Shown: positions 47,466-56,210 of the stretch, in pieces
Layout: the number at the start of each line of letters is the position of its first letter
Position numbering within the stretch: position 1 is the stretch's first letter
NCBI GenBank assembly: GCA_963713825.1
Contig: CAVQNG010000014.1
Location: forward strand, 128,001-192,000
DNA from: an uncultured Acidobacteriota bacterium
GTDB lineage: Bacteria > Acidobacteriota > Thermoanaerobaculia > Multivoradales > JAHEKO01
Direction of reading: 5' to 3'
DNA length: 64,000 bases
Notes under the pieces: model-generated
Told to the model about the DNA's origin: nothing
What the model saw: the letters and a program-made list of their open reading frames with translations, nothing else
The model's database searches: none
Made by a program: the position numbers and the translations under genes

Positions 47466-48254
47466 ATGTCGGAGGAGATTCTGGAACTGGACGTCACTGG
47501 AGCAGATGCCGCAGAGGCGAGTCTCGTAGTCAGACTGACGGAGCCGCTAGAGGGGCCGGGCACAGCTCCAATGGTGCTGTACCTGCATGGATTCGGCTCG
47601 GACCAATGGGGTGAGAAGGCCTCCTACTTTCGGCAGAAGATTTTGACTGCGGGGTGGGGCTGCTGCTCCCTCGATTTTCAGGGACATGGTCGGTCTGGTG
47701 GAGCAATGGTGGATCTGACCCTGTCTCGCCAGCTCGCCGATGTCCAGATCGTCACGGAGATGCTCGAGAGTCGAGGCTATCCTCGATACCTTCTTATCGG
47801 CTCTTCGATGGGCGGCTTGACAGGCCTGTGGCACGCTGCTCTGTGCCCAGACAGAGTCCTGGCCAGTGCTTGCATCGCACCGGCTCTCAGCCTGGAGTCC
47901 AATTTGAGTGAATGGGCGGGTGTGGATGGAATGAGGCGATGGCGCCAGGAGGGGACGATTCGGGTGGACAACGAGATCGGGTCCTGGGAGCTGGGATGGA
48001 ACTTTGTCGCCGATTTGGGCGACTATCCCGTATCGCGCCTGCAAGAGCTCTCTTGTCGCCCATCTCTGATCCTGCAGGGCAAGCTCGACGATCGGGTCGA
48101 TTGGAGACAGGTGATGGATTTCGTCGTCGGATGCGAGTTCGAAGACCTGGAGCTCCATCTGTTCGCCGACGGTGATCATCGGCTCGTAGACCGCAAGGAA
48201 AGGCTCTGGCAGCTGATTCGAGACTACCTGCAGGGCAAGAATTTGCTGCGTTGA
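47466..48254 (+). CDS. Alpha/beta hydrolase
   Basis: HGFGS, GSSMGG, DDRV and GDHRL. Confidence 0.9.
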   Translation: MSEEILELDVTGADAAEASLVVRLTEPLEGPGTAPMVLYLHGFGSDQWGEKASYFRQKILTAGWGCCSLDFQGHGRSGGAMVDLTLSRQLADVQIVTEMLESRGYPRYLLIGSSMGGLTGLWHAALCPDRVLASACIAPALSLESNLSEWAGVDGMRRWRQEGTIRVDNEIGSWELGWNFVADLGDYPVSRLQELSCRPSLILQGKLDDRVDWRQVMDFVVGCEFEDLELHLFADGDHRLVDRKERLWQLIRDYLQGKNLLR

Positions 48255-48292
48255 AGGAAATAGACCTTTTGCCTGGGGCTGCCGTCTCGGTG

Positions 48293-49114
48293 CTATTCGA
48301 GCCGAATGAGGATGGCTCCGTCGCTGCCTTCCAGCTCGACTTCCTGCGGTGCGATTCGGGTCACCATATAGCCGTGAATGGTCTCACCAAGGCCAACGAC
48401 ACGCTCGTCCAGGAGGGCGTAGGGACCGGTTTCGGACCATGCGATTCCTCCCAACGCGAGCTCGTCACCGTTAGCCAGGATCGCTGTCTCGATGAAGACA
48501 CGGGGCTGCGACGACGAGTCGCCTACCGAGCTTTCGGGGCGAGTACCCCTTGGCTCCGCAGCCAGACTGACTCCCTGCATGGGTGGAGGTGCGACCTCGG
48601 TCGGCGATGGGGAAGGCGCGACCGGGCCATTCTCGACGGGCAATGGAACCGGTCGGGAGTCGAGCGATTCGGCTGGCGGGTTGGACTCCTGCTTCGAATC
48701 TGGCTGCCGATTCGCCGACCCCGGAGGTGGGGTCTTCGAACCAGCAACAGGAGCCACGATCTCAGCAGCGCTACCCGGAGAGTCGGGCAGCGAGGCGGTG
48801 GCCTCACTCTCCTCGATGGGCCGAGCCGGACTGGGATTGGGCGCGGACTCTGCAGACCGACTGAGGCCTTCCAGCGGATCCAAAACCGCTGTACCAGCGC
48901 CGGTCGAGCTCGGGTGGTCCTCGGTGGCCAGACGGGCGATCGTCACCAGGCTGACGAGCAGTGCCAGGGCCATCGCGACAACGGCCGCCACCAACCAGGA
49001 GCGATGCGAAACCGACCGTGGGGGGGGTGGTGCGAGGGGCAGTCCCTTGGCCAGCGCCTCTCGGCGGCGCGACTCCTGGCGGGCTCGTTTGAGCGCCTCG
49101 TTGATCAGGCTCAC
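48293..49114 (-). CDS. ExeB/GspB-like protein
   Basis: Starts (M)SLINEALKRA, then a TM helix, a Pro-rich linker and a C-terminal beta domain (LGGIAWS...ALLD). GTGA overlap with the ExeA-like gene. Confidence 0.7.
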   Translation of the reverse strand: MSLINEALKRARQESRRREALAKGLPLAPPPPRSVSHRSWLVAAVVAMALALLVSLVTIARLATEDHPSSTGAGTAVLDPLEGLSRSAESAPNPSPARPIEESEATASLPDSPGSAAEIVAPVAGSKTPPPGSANRQPDSKQESNPPAESLDSRPVPLPVENGPVAPSPSPTEVAPPPMQGVSLAAEPRGTRPESSVGDSSSQPRVFIETAILANGDELALGGIAWSETGPYALLDERVVGLGETIHGYMVTRIAPQEVELEGSDGAILIRLE

Positions 49115-49923
49115 GAAAAACGGCCCTCGAGCTCTCGAATGGCGCGGCCGACATGCCTGCCCGTCAAGTTGTCCACCCCCAGAACGTAGCCACAGAGCAG
49201 GGTCTTGTCGCAGATGGCGTTGACCAGACGTGGCACACCTTTGGAGTAGCCATGGATTCTGCGCATGGCCCACGTCGTGAATGTGGGCTTGCCGTTGCTA
49301 CCCGCGACTTCCAACCGATGTCTGATGTACTCGCTGGTCTCTTCGAGAGACAGCGGCTCGATGTGATAGCGGATCGTGATCCGCTGCCGCAGTTGGCGCA
49401 GGGCTCGGGCGTCCAGCATCTCTCGCAGCTCGGGCTGGCCGATGAGGACAATCTGGAGAAGTTTCTGCTGGTCGGTTTCCAGGTTCGACAGCAAGCGAAC
49501 CTGTTCCATGAGGTCGGGGCTCAAGTCCTGGGCCTCATCGATCACCAAAACGACGTCATTGCCTTCGTGAACCTGGTCCAGGAGAAACCGATTGAGGGCC
49601 TCGAGCCAGGCGACCCGGTCGTTGCGAGGCAGCTTCTGCTTGAGCTCGGTGAGGATCGTTCGGAGCATCTGAGGCCCGGTCATGCACGGGTTCAGAATCA
49701 ACGCCGTCTGGTATCCCGGGCCGAGCTCCTCGAGCAGCGCCCTGCAGATTGTCGTCTTGCCGGTGCCAACTTCGCCGGTGATCTGGATGAAGCCCTTGCG
49801 CTGTTGAACCCCGAAGAGCAGATGGTCCAGAGCTTCGCGATGCTTCGAGCTCAGGAACAGGAAGCGCGGATCCGGTGTGATGTTGAACGGCGACTCGTAG
49901 AACCCGTAGAACTGCTCGTACAT
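49111..49923 (-). CDS. ExeA/GspA family AAA ATPase
   Basis: MYEQFYGF..SPF.ITPDPRF, GEVGTGKT, IDEAQ, LIGQPEL and LRQRI. Confidence 0.92.
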   Translation of the reverse strand: MYEQFYGFYESPFNITPDPRFLFLSSKHREALDHLLFGVQQRKGFIQITGEVGTGKTTICRALLEELGPGYQTALILNPCMTGPQMLRTILTELKQKLPRNDRVAWLEALNRFLLDQVHEGNDVVLVIDEAQDLSPDLMEQVRLLSNLETDQQKLLQIVLIGQPELREMLDARALRQLRQRITIRYHIEPLSLEETSEYIRHRLEVAGSNGKPTFTTWAMRRIHGYSKGVPRLVNAICDKTLLCGYVLGVDNLTGRHVGRAIRELEGRFS

Positions 49924-50033
49924 TCTGTATTCCGATGGAGAGTGACCCTTAACGCTGCCGGGTAGTCTAGCACTGAGGCCTGGCGTGTTACGCTCCCGAT
50001 CTCGGAGGGCCAGAGACGTGACTGGCCTCGGCG

Positions 50034-50690
50034 ATGGGTCCCATCAACGCAAGAAAGAGGGGTGCACTCGTGTCGTCATCGAACGTGGCGCAGGGGCGCC
50101 GGAGCTGCCGATTTGTCAAAGGAACGGTGCTGGTGATGGCAACGGTGATCGTTGCCTGCATTGGGCCTGGAGGCGCGTTCGGCGGATCGCAGAGCTCGGC
50201 GACGAATGCCGACGACGTGGGCGAGGCCGATCCGGAAGCAAGGCTCGCCGAGCTGGGCATCGTATTGCCGGAGCCGAGCGTGCCCGTTGCCAACTACGTC
50301 AAGGCAGTCCGCTCTGGCAATCTGATCTTCCTGTCCGGGCATGGCCCGTATCGAAGCGACGGAACCCTGGTCAAGGGCAAGCTCGGGAAGGATCTTTCCA
50401 TCGAAGAGGGTTACGAGGCTGCGAGACTCACAGGTATCGCCTTGCTGTCCTCGTTGAAAAGCGAGATCGGAGATCTGAGCAAGGTGCGGCGGATCGTCAA
50501 GGTCTTTGGCATGGTGAATGCGGATCCGTTGTTTACTGATCAACCCAAAGTCATCAACGGCTGTTCCGATCTCTTGGTGGAGGTCTTCGGTGACAGAGGA
50601 CGCCACGCGAGGGCCGCAGTTGGCATGGCATCGCTGCCGGTCGGCATCGCCGTTGAGATCGATATGGTTGTCGAGATCGAAGAAGATTAG
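50034..50690 (+). CDS. RidA/YjgF family protein with a possible signal peptide
   Basis: PVANYV, LSGHGP, VINGCSDLL and GRHARAAVG. Start uncertain. Confidence 0.88.
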   Translation: MGPINARKRGALVSSSNVAQGRRSCRFVKGTVLVMATVIVACIGPGGAFGGSQSSATNADDVGEADPEARLAELGIVLPEPSVPVANYVKAVRSGNLIFLSGHGPYRSDGTLVKGKLGKDLSIEEGYEAARLTGIALLSSLKSEIGDLSKVRRIVKVFGMVNADPLFTDQPKVINGCSDLLVEVFGDRGRHARAAVGMASLPVGIAVEIDMVVEIEED

Positions 50691-50731
50691 CGAAGATTTG
50701 TTGGCTCGTAACTGGAGGGAGGACAGTTTCC

Positions 50732-52120
50732 ATGAAAAGCAGGGTTTGCCGGAGAGTGATGATCGGGTGCGCCTTGAGCGCTGTCGCAATCGTAGCTGTT
50801 GCGCCAGTTGTAGCTGCGGCGCAAGGGGTGGGCGAGCAGGGCCGCTGGGTCGATGGGCCCGGTGCGGTCTTGAGGCAGCGTCAGAGGGTCGAGCCAGTCA
50901 ATCGGGCGTTGGAGGAGCGCTTGACGGAGCTCTTGCCTCGTCTCATGCGAGAAGTCGGACTGGATATGTGGGTGGTGATCAATCGGGAGTACGCCGAAGA
51001 CCCCGTCTACCTGACACTGGTTCCGGACCCGGTCTTTGCGGCTCGTCGCACGACTATGCTGGTGTTTCATGACCGCGGCGACGGGGCCGGGATCGATCGC
51101 CTGACGGTCAGTCGCTATCCGTTGGGCGAGCTCTACGAAGCGGTCTGGGAGGGTGGCGATCTCGACGAGCAGTGGGCTCGCCTGGCCGAAGTCATTGCAG
51201 AGCGCAATCCCCAGCGGATCGGCATCAATGTGAGTCGCCACTGGCCGGTGGCCGACGGCCTCACAGCCTCTCTTCGAGACCGACTCGAGGAGTCGATTGG
51301 CACCGACCTTGCCCTGAAGTTGGTGAGTGCCGAAGATTTGGCGATTCGCTGGCTCGAGACACGCTCGGCTCTCGAACAGGAGAGTTATCCGCATATCGTG
51401 GCCCTCGCCCGCGGCGTCATTTCGGAGGCTTTTTCGAATCAAGTGATCACACCGGGTGTGACCACCACGGAGGACGTCGGCTGGTACATCCGGCAGCGCT
51501 TCGCGGATCTCGACTTGCCGGTGTGGTTCATGCCCGACGTCGACGTGCAGCGACAGGGGACCGAGTGCGAGGAGGGAGCGCCTTTCTGCGGTGAGACCAA
51601 TGTCGTGATTCAGAGGGGAGACCTTCTGCACACCGACGTCGGAATCTGCTATCTGCGGCTGTGCACCGACACTCAGGAAATGGGGTACGTGTTGCGCCGC
51701 GGGGAGACCGACGTCCCAGCGGAGCTGCGCAGCGCTCTGGAACAAGGCAACCGCTGGCAGGATCTGTTGACGGACGAGTTCGAGGAAGGTCGGACGGGGA
51801 ACGAGATCTTGGCCGCAGCGCGGGCCGCCGCGGAGCAGGCCGGAATCACGGTCAGTATCTACAGTCATGCAGTCGGCTTCTTCGGACATGCGCCAGGCCC
51901 CACGATCGGTATGTGGGACAACCAGGGTGAGACGCCCGTCAGGGGTGACTGGAAGTTGTATGCCGACACGGCCTACGCGATCGAAGGCAACAGTATGGTT
52001 CAGTTCTCCGAGTGGGGCGATCAGTGGCTGCAGATCAAGTTGGAGCAAAGTGCGCTCTTCGACGGAGAGAAGGTTCACTTCCTGGCTGGTCGCCAGACCC
52101 GCTGGCATCTGGTTTACTAG
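50732..52120 (+). CDS. M24 (Xaa-Pro aminopeptidase-like) exported peptidase
   Basis: Signal peptide and metal-ligand motifs HTDVG...TDTQ, YSHAVG..GH, AIE and LEQ. Confidence 0.88.
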   Translation: MKSRVCRRVMIGCALSAVAIVAVAPVVAAAQGVGEQGRWVDGPGAVLRQRQRVEPVNRALEERLTELLPRLMREVGLDMWVVINREYAEDPVYLTLVPDPVFAARRTTMLVFHDRGDGAGIDRLTVSRYPLGELYEAVWEGGDLDEQWARLAEVIAERNPQRIGINVSRHWPVADGLTASLRDRLEESIGTDLALKLVSAEDLAIRWLETRSALEQESYPHIVALARGVISEAFSNQVITPGVTTTEDVGWYIRQRFADLDLPVWFMPDVDVQRQGTECEEGAPFCGETNVVIQRGDLLHTDVGICYLRLCTDTQEMGYVLRRGETDVPAELRSALEQGNRWQDLLTDEFEEGRTGNEILAAARAAAEQAGITVSIYSHAVGFFGHAPGPTIGMWDNQGETPVRGDWKLYADTAYAIEGNSMVQFSEWGDQWLQIKLEQSALFDGEKVHFLAGRQTRWHLVY

Positions 52121-52196
52121 ACTAGGACGCTCTGCAGCGACAGCTTCAATGAGGGCCTGTCGGTAACATCGGGGGGAGAATAGAGCTCCTACTTTC

Positions 52197-54428
52197 ATGA
52201 CCGACGAACGATCATCGGGCGACAACGCTGGCACGCGGCGTCCCCGGGAAATGTGGGATCTGCCCCTTCGGGGTGATGAACGACCACCCCCCGGGCTGGG
52301 CTTGACCAAGGAGGAGCACACCGCCCCTCGGGAAGCCGAGCCGCCGCCCCGCCGACGTAGATCCGTTCAGGAGCGGCAGACGCTGCGGCGCAGATTCTTG
52401 CTGGGTGCGACTCTGGTGTTGCTCCTCGGCGCGATCGGCTTGCTGCTTTTCTGGCCGTCACCGCCGAAGGCTGTCTTTCACCCCGACCCGATGAACATGG
52501 GACAGCAGCGGGTGGGATCGTCCAGCGAAGTTCAGGTTCTCTCCATCGCCAATGAGGGTGAACGACCCATGCCGGTGTCGGGCCTCCTTCTCAGGGGCCC
52601 TGCGGCCGGAGAGTTCGAGCTCATTTCCGAGGACTGCAGTGCGCGCGAGCTGGCAGCTCTGGAAACCTGCAAGGCCGAGCTGAGAATGACACCGAGTGCT
52701 GTCGGCTCTCGGGAGGCCATCGTCGAATTGCAGGGCGACTTCCGACAAGCACCTGTGAGTGTGGCGCTGGCCGGAATTGGCATCGCTCCGATGCTCCAGG
52801 TCAGCACCGAAGAGGTCGATTTCGGCAAGCGTGATGTGGGCACCTCGAGCTCGGCATCGACCGTGACGGTCACGAACGCAGGCACATCTCCCCTGAGCAT
52901 CGAGGCCGTCGAATTGCAGGGCGCCTCTAGAGGTGATTTCCGGCGCCAACGCGATCGATGTACCTCCAGCTCGCTCCAGCCCGGAGAAGAGTGCAGTCTG
53001 CAGGTCCTGTTTTCGCCACGGGCCGCTGGGCGCCGCTCGGCGGAGGTATCCTTCAAGAGCGATTCCCTGGGTACAGCATCGGTCGTTCGCCTCGAGGGCA
53101 GGGGCGAATGGAGCGGTCCAGCTCTCGCCTTGAGTCGAGATTCCCTGGACTTTGGTGATCGATTGGTGGGTAGCCCGGCGGCGAGCCTCTCCGTCGACGT
53201 GACCAATCGCCATGGAGCGGCGGTCTCCGGGCTGTCGGTGAAGCTTCTCGAAGGGGCGAACACCTTCTCGATTGTCCGTCAAACCTGCAGCGGTCGGTCG
53301 ATATCGCCTGGGGAAGCGTGCACGATCGAAGTGAGCTTTCACGTTGGCGAAGAGGGTCCGTCCGCCTCGACTCTGGCTATCGGGCAAGAGGCAGGGACCC
53401 TACAAGTGGAGTTGACCGGAACAGGAGTGGTGCCTCGGCTGACGACAGATGCCGAGGCGATGGAATTCGGGTCTCTGATCGTCGGCGCAGAGCCTGGGCG
53501 CCAACGGATCGTGGTTTCCAATGAAGGAACGGCCGCAGCCAACTTGCGCAGCATCGAGATCGAGGGCCAGGATGCCCCAGCCTTCAGCAAACAGGGTGAC
53601 GGATGTTCGAAGAAGGTCCTGCGCCAAGGCGATCGTTGCGCGTTGGAGGTCGAGTTTCGCCCCAATCGGGAAGGGCGGCATCAGGCGGCGCTGGCAATCG
53701 CCGCCTCGGAGTTGGCCGATGTCGAGAGGATTCAGCTGATGGGGCTGGGAGCCGCCCCGCGATTGACCATGAATCTCGAAATGGTGGAGTTCGGTAACGT
53801 CCGGAGATCGACCTCCAGAGATGTTCATCTGACCGCTTCGAATCCCGGCACCGCCGACCTCAGATTCCGCGGTGCCAAGGTGGCGACGGAGGTGGCGAGC
53901 GATTTTCGAATTCTCGGTGGCTCTTGTCTGCCGCAGGCAGTGTTGCAGCCCGGCACGACTTGTACCGTCAGCCTTCGGTTTTCCCCTGGTACGGAGGGCC
54001 GTTTGACGGGGACCCTCGAGCTCGACCACGATGGTCTCACCGGTCCTCGCCGCGTGCCCTTGGGAGGGGTCGGACTGCCGCCACCAACCCCGCAGATTCG
54101 AGTCAGTCCTCCACGGCTCGATTTCGGGCCCCAGCCGGTGGGCCAGCGTTCGACCATCTTCACGGTGACGATCAGGAACACGGGAACCGGAGGATTGAAG
54201 TTCACAGACTTCGCCCTCTCCGGACCGGCGCGAGGTGACTTTCAAATCGTGCCGGCCACCTGTCAGGCAGTCCCGACGATTCTCGCCGATAGCGATTGCA
54301 CCGTTGGTGTGCGCTTTCTTCCTTCGACCGCCGGAGAAAGACGGGGGAGGTTGGAAGTCAAGAGCAACGCGTTTGCTGGTGAAAACAGTGTGGAGCTGAT
54401 CGGCAGCGGCTTGGGCGGCGGGGGATAG
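52197..54428 (+). CDS. Membrane-anchored protein with six tandem ASH/choice-of-anchor-D Ig-like domains
   Basis: One TM helix, then about 107-aa repeats of the form (D/E)FG...N.G...F....C....L.PG..C...V.F.P...G. Confidence 0.85.
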   Translation: MTDERSSGDNAGTRRPREMWDLPLRGDERPPPGLGLTKEEHTAPREAEPPPRRRRSVQERQTLRRRFLLGATLVLLLGAIGLLLFWPSPPKAVFHPDPMNMGQQRVGSSSEVQVLSIANEGERPMPVSGLLLRGPAAGEFELISEDCSARELAALETCKAELRMTPSAVGSREAIVELQGDFRQAPVSVALAGIGIAPMLQVSTEEVDFGKRDVGTSSSASTVTVTNAGTSPLSIEAVELQGASRGDFRRQRDRCTSSSLQPGEECSLQVLFSPRAAGRRSAEVSFKSDSLGTASVVRLEGRGEWSGPALALSRDSLDFGDRLVGSPAASLSVDVTNRHGAAVSGLSVKLLEGANTFSIVRQTCSGRSISPGEACTIEVSFHVGEEGPSASTLAIGQEAGTLQVELTGTGVVPRLTTDAEAMEFGSLIVGAEPGRQRIVVSNEGTAAANLRSIEIEGQDAPAFSKQGDGCSKKVLRQGDRCALEVEFRPNREGRHQAALAIAASELADVERIQLMGLGAAPRLTMNLEMVEFGNVRRSTSRDVHLTASNPGTADLRFRGAKVATEVASDFRILGGSCLPQAVLQPGTTCTVSLRFSPGTEGRLTGTLELDHDGLTGPRRVPLGGVGLPPPTPQIRVSPPRLDFGPQPVGQRSTIFTVTIRNTGTGGLKFTDFALSGPARGDFQIVPATCQAVPTILADSDCTVGVRFLPSTAGERRGRLEVKSNAFAGENSVELIGSGLGGGG

Positions 54429-54441
54429 CGCATCCCTGTCA

Positions 54442-55527
54442 TCACGGGAGCAGACTCAGGATCAGGCCAGCCGCTTCCTGAGAGCCGGTGACCTCTGGTG
54501 CTTTTGGACTCCGCACAGCCTGCAAATCGCGCCGCTGCTCCGGCCAGTTTGCGGCCTCGAATTCGTCCTCTGTGAGTTCCCCGCAGACCAAGTTCCGCTC
54601 GGCGAATCGAGCCAAAGCTGGCGACTCCGGGAATCTCCGACGTTGCATGAAGAGGTAGGGAGTTGCAGCTTGGTAGACCTCGGCAAGGGTGCTGTAGCCC
54701 AGCTTGCCAACCACCAGGCTGGCAGCAGCTACGAGATCCGCGTGCTGGAAACTGGTTCGGTGGGGGAGGAGGATCAGATTCTGCTGCCGGATGAAGCTGT
54801 CGGCCCCGCCAGGGATCACAAAATGCAAGTCGGAATAGCGATGAAGCCGGTCGAGGAACTCGAAGCTGGCTGGGAATCCTCCCATGGTCAATAACACGAA
54901 CGGCGATCCTTCCGGGAGCTGCAACCTCGCGAGGATTTCGGGCCTCGACTGCCGGATTGGACGACTGATCGGCGGAACCGAAAGGGCACCTGAGACCGGT
55001 TGACAGAACGGCCTGGCCTGAATCCTCAGGTGCACCGTGGAGTAGAGGCTGTGCAGCTCATCGATAAAGGCTGAGAACCGCGGCTCGACCGAGAGATAGG
55101 CGCCATAGATCCAGTCCCAGGTGAAGTTCTCGACCAACACGCAGGGCAGGCCCAACGAGGACGCCACGGCGATTCCGAGGGGCGAAATGTCGCTCACCAC
55201 GAGGCTGCATCCAAGTCGACTCACCGTATCCGCTGCTTTGTCGACGGCCTCGGGTCGCAGGGGCAGGAAGTCGGAGAGCTCGCGGATCGTAGCCGAGAGG
55301 TCCTCCTCCATGGGAGTCGATTGCACAAGCCCGACGTCGGTATGGCCCGGGAGATGGTCGAAGGATGCGGTCATCGAATCCTCGAAGAACCACTTTGGGA
55401 CGCCGGTGAACAGCGCAAACCGGGTCCCGGGACGCTGATCGTGGATCGCCTCCATGACAGCGGCACTGCGGGCAGCGTGCCCGAAGCCATGAGAGGAAAC
55501 GAAGTAGGCGATGTGAGGTGGGGACAT
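54442..55527 (-). CDS. GT-B glycosyltransferase-like protein (arabinokinase N-terminal-like)
   Basis: YFVSSHGFGHAAR, DVGLVQ, NFTWDWIY and KLGYSTLAE. Confidence 0.75.
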   Translation of the reverse strand: MSPPHIAYFVSSHGFGHAARSAAVMEAIHDQRPGTRFALFTGVPKWFFEDSMTASFDHLPGHTDVGLVQSTPMEEDLSATIRELSDFLPLRPEAVDKAADTVSRLGCSLVVSDISPLGIAVASSLGLPCVLVENFTWDWIYGAYLSVEPRFSAFIDELHSLYSTVHLRIQARPFCQPVSGALSVPPISRPIRQSRPEILARLQLPEGSPFVLLTMGGFPASFEFLDRLHRYSDLHFVIPGGADSFIRQQNLILLPHRTSFQHADLVAAASLVVGKLGYSTLAEVYQAATPYLFMQRRRFPESPALARFAERNLVCGELTEDEFEAANWPEQRRDLQAVRSPKAPEVTGSQEAAGLILSLLP

Positions 55528-55625
55528 ATCGATGTTCGGAGAGCTGGAGTTGGGAGGGCAGAAAGATCGAGGGCCACCCCGGTTCACGAGGTGGCCCCGA
55601 TTCGACATTGTCTTGGCTGCGGGAC

Positions 55626-55838
55626 TCAGTCGCCGACTCGAAGCACGTTTCTCGCCGCCGGTCCCTTCTCTCCTTCGACGATTTCGAACTGAACTCTCTC
55701 TCCCTCGACGAGAGTACGAAATCCCTCGGAGCTGATAGCAGTATGGTGCACGAAGCAATCATCCTGCCCATCTTCGGGTGTGATGAAACCGAAACCCTTC
55801 GCGTCGTTGAACCACTTCACTTTTCCGTAGATTGTCAC
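55626..55838 (-). CDS. csp: Cold shock protein
   Basis: [22 protein letters not shown] and KGPAA; GAGGAG RBS. Confidence 0.97.
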   Translation of the reverse strand: MTIYGKVKWFNDAKGFGFITPEDGQDDCFVHHTAISSEGFRTLVEGERVQFEIVEGEKGPAARNVLRVGD

Positions 55839-56210
55839 TTACCAACTCCTCTTGAGAAATGCCGCTCCGATGAATCTGTCGGATTCGGTTCGTGGCGGCG
55901 AGCTCTGCTCGAGCCGACGTTGGCCTGAGCCCTCCTTCCTCTGTTGACCTGGAAAGACGAGTCTCCGGTCTACCAGAGGAGCCTTCTGGAAAAAGAATAC
56001 TGCTCGTAGTTGCTGTGGTCCTCGGTCTTGGGTACTGGGGATAGGTGCTGTTGAAGTCGCTCGCTCTTGCCTGGCGACAATACCAGACGGCGAGTCGCCA
56101 GTCGATGCTCCCAACCTGTCAGCGATGGTGGAGTGATGTTACGCCGCTAGAGGGTGCTCTGGTACTCTGCCCAGAGAGGGTTTACGGCTAGTCGTGGCGC
56201 AATTCAGATC

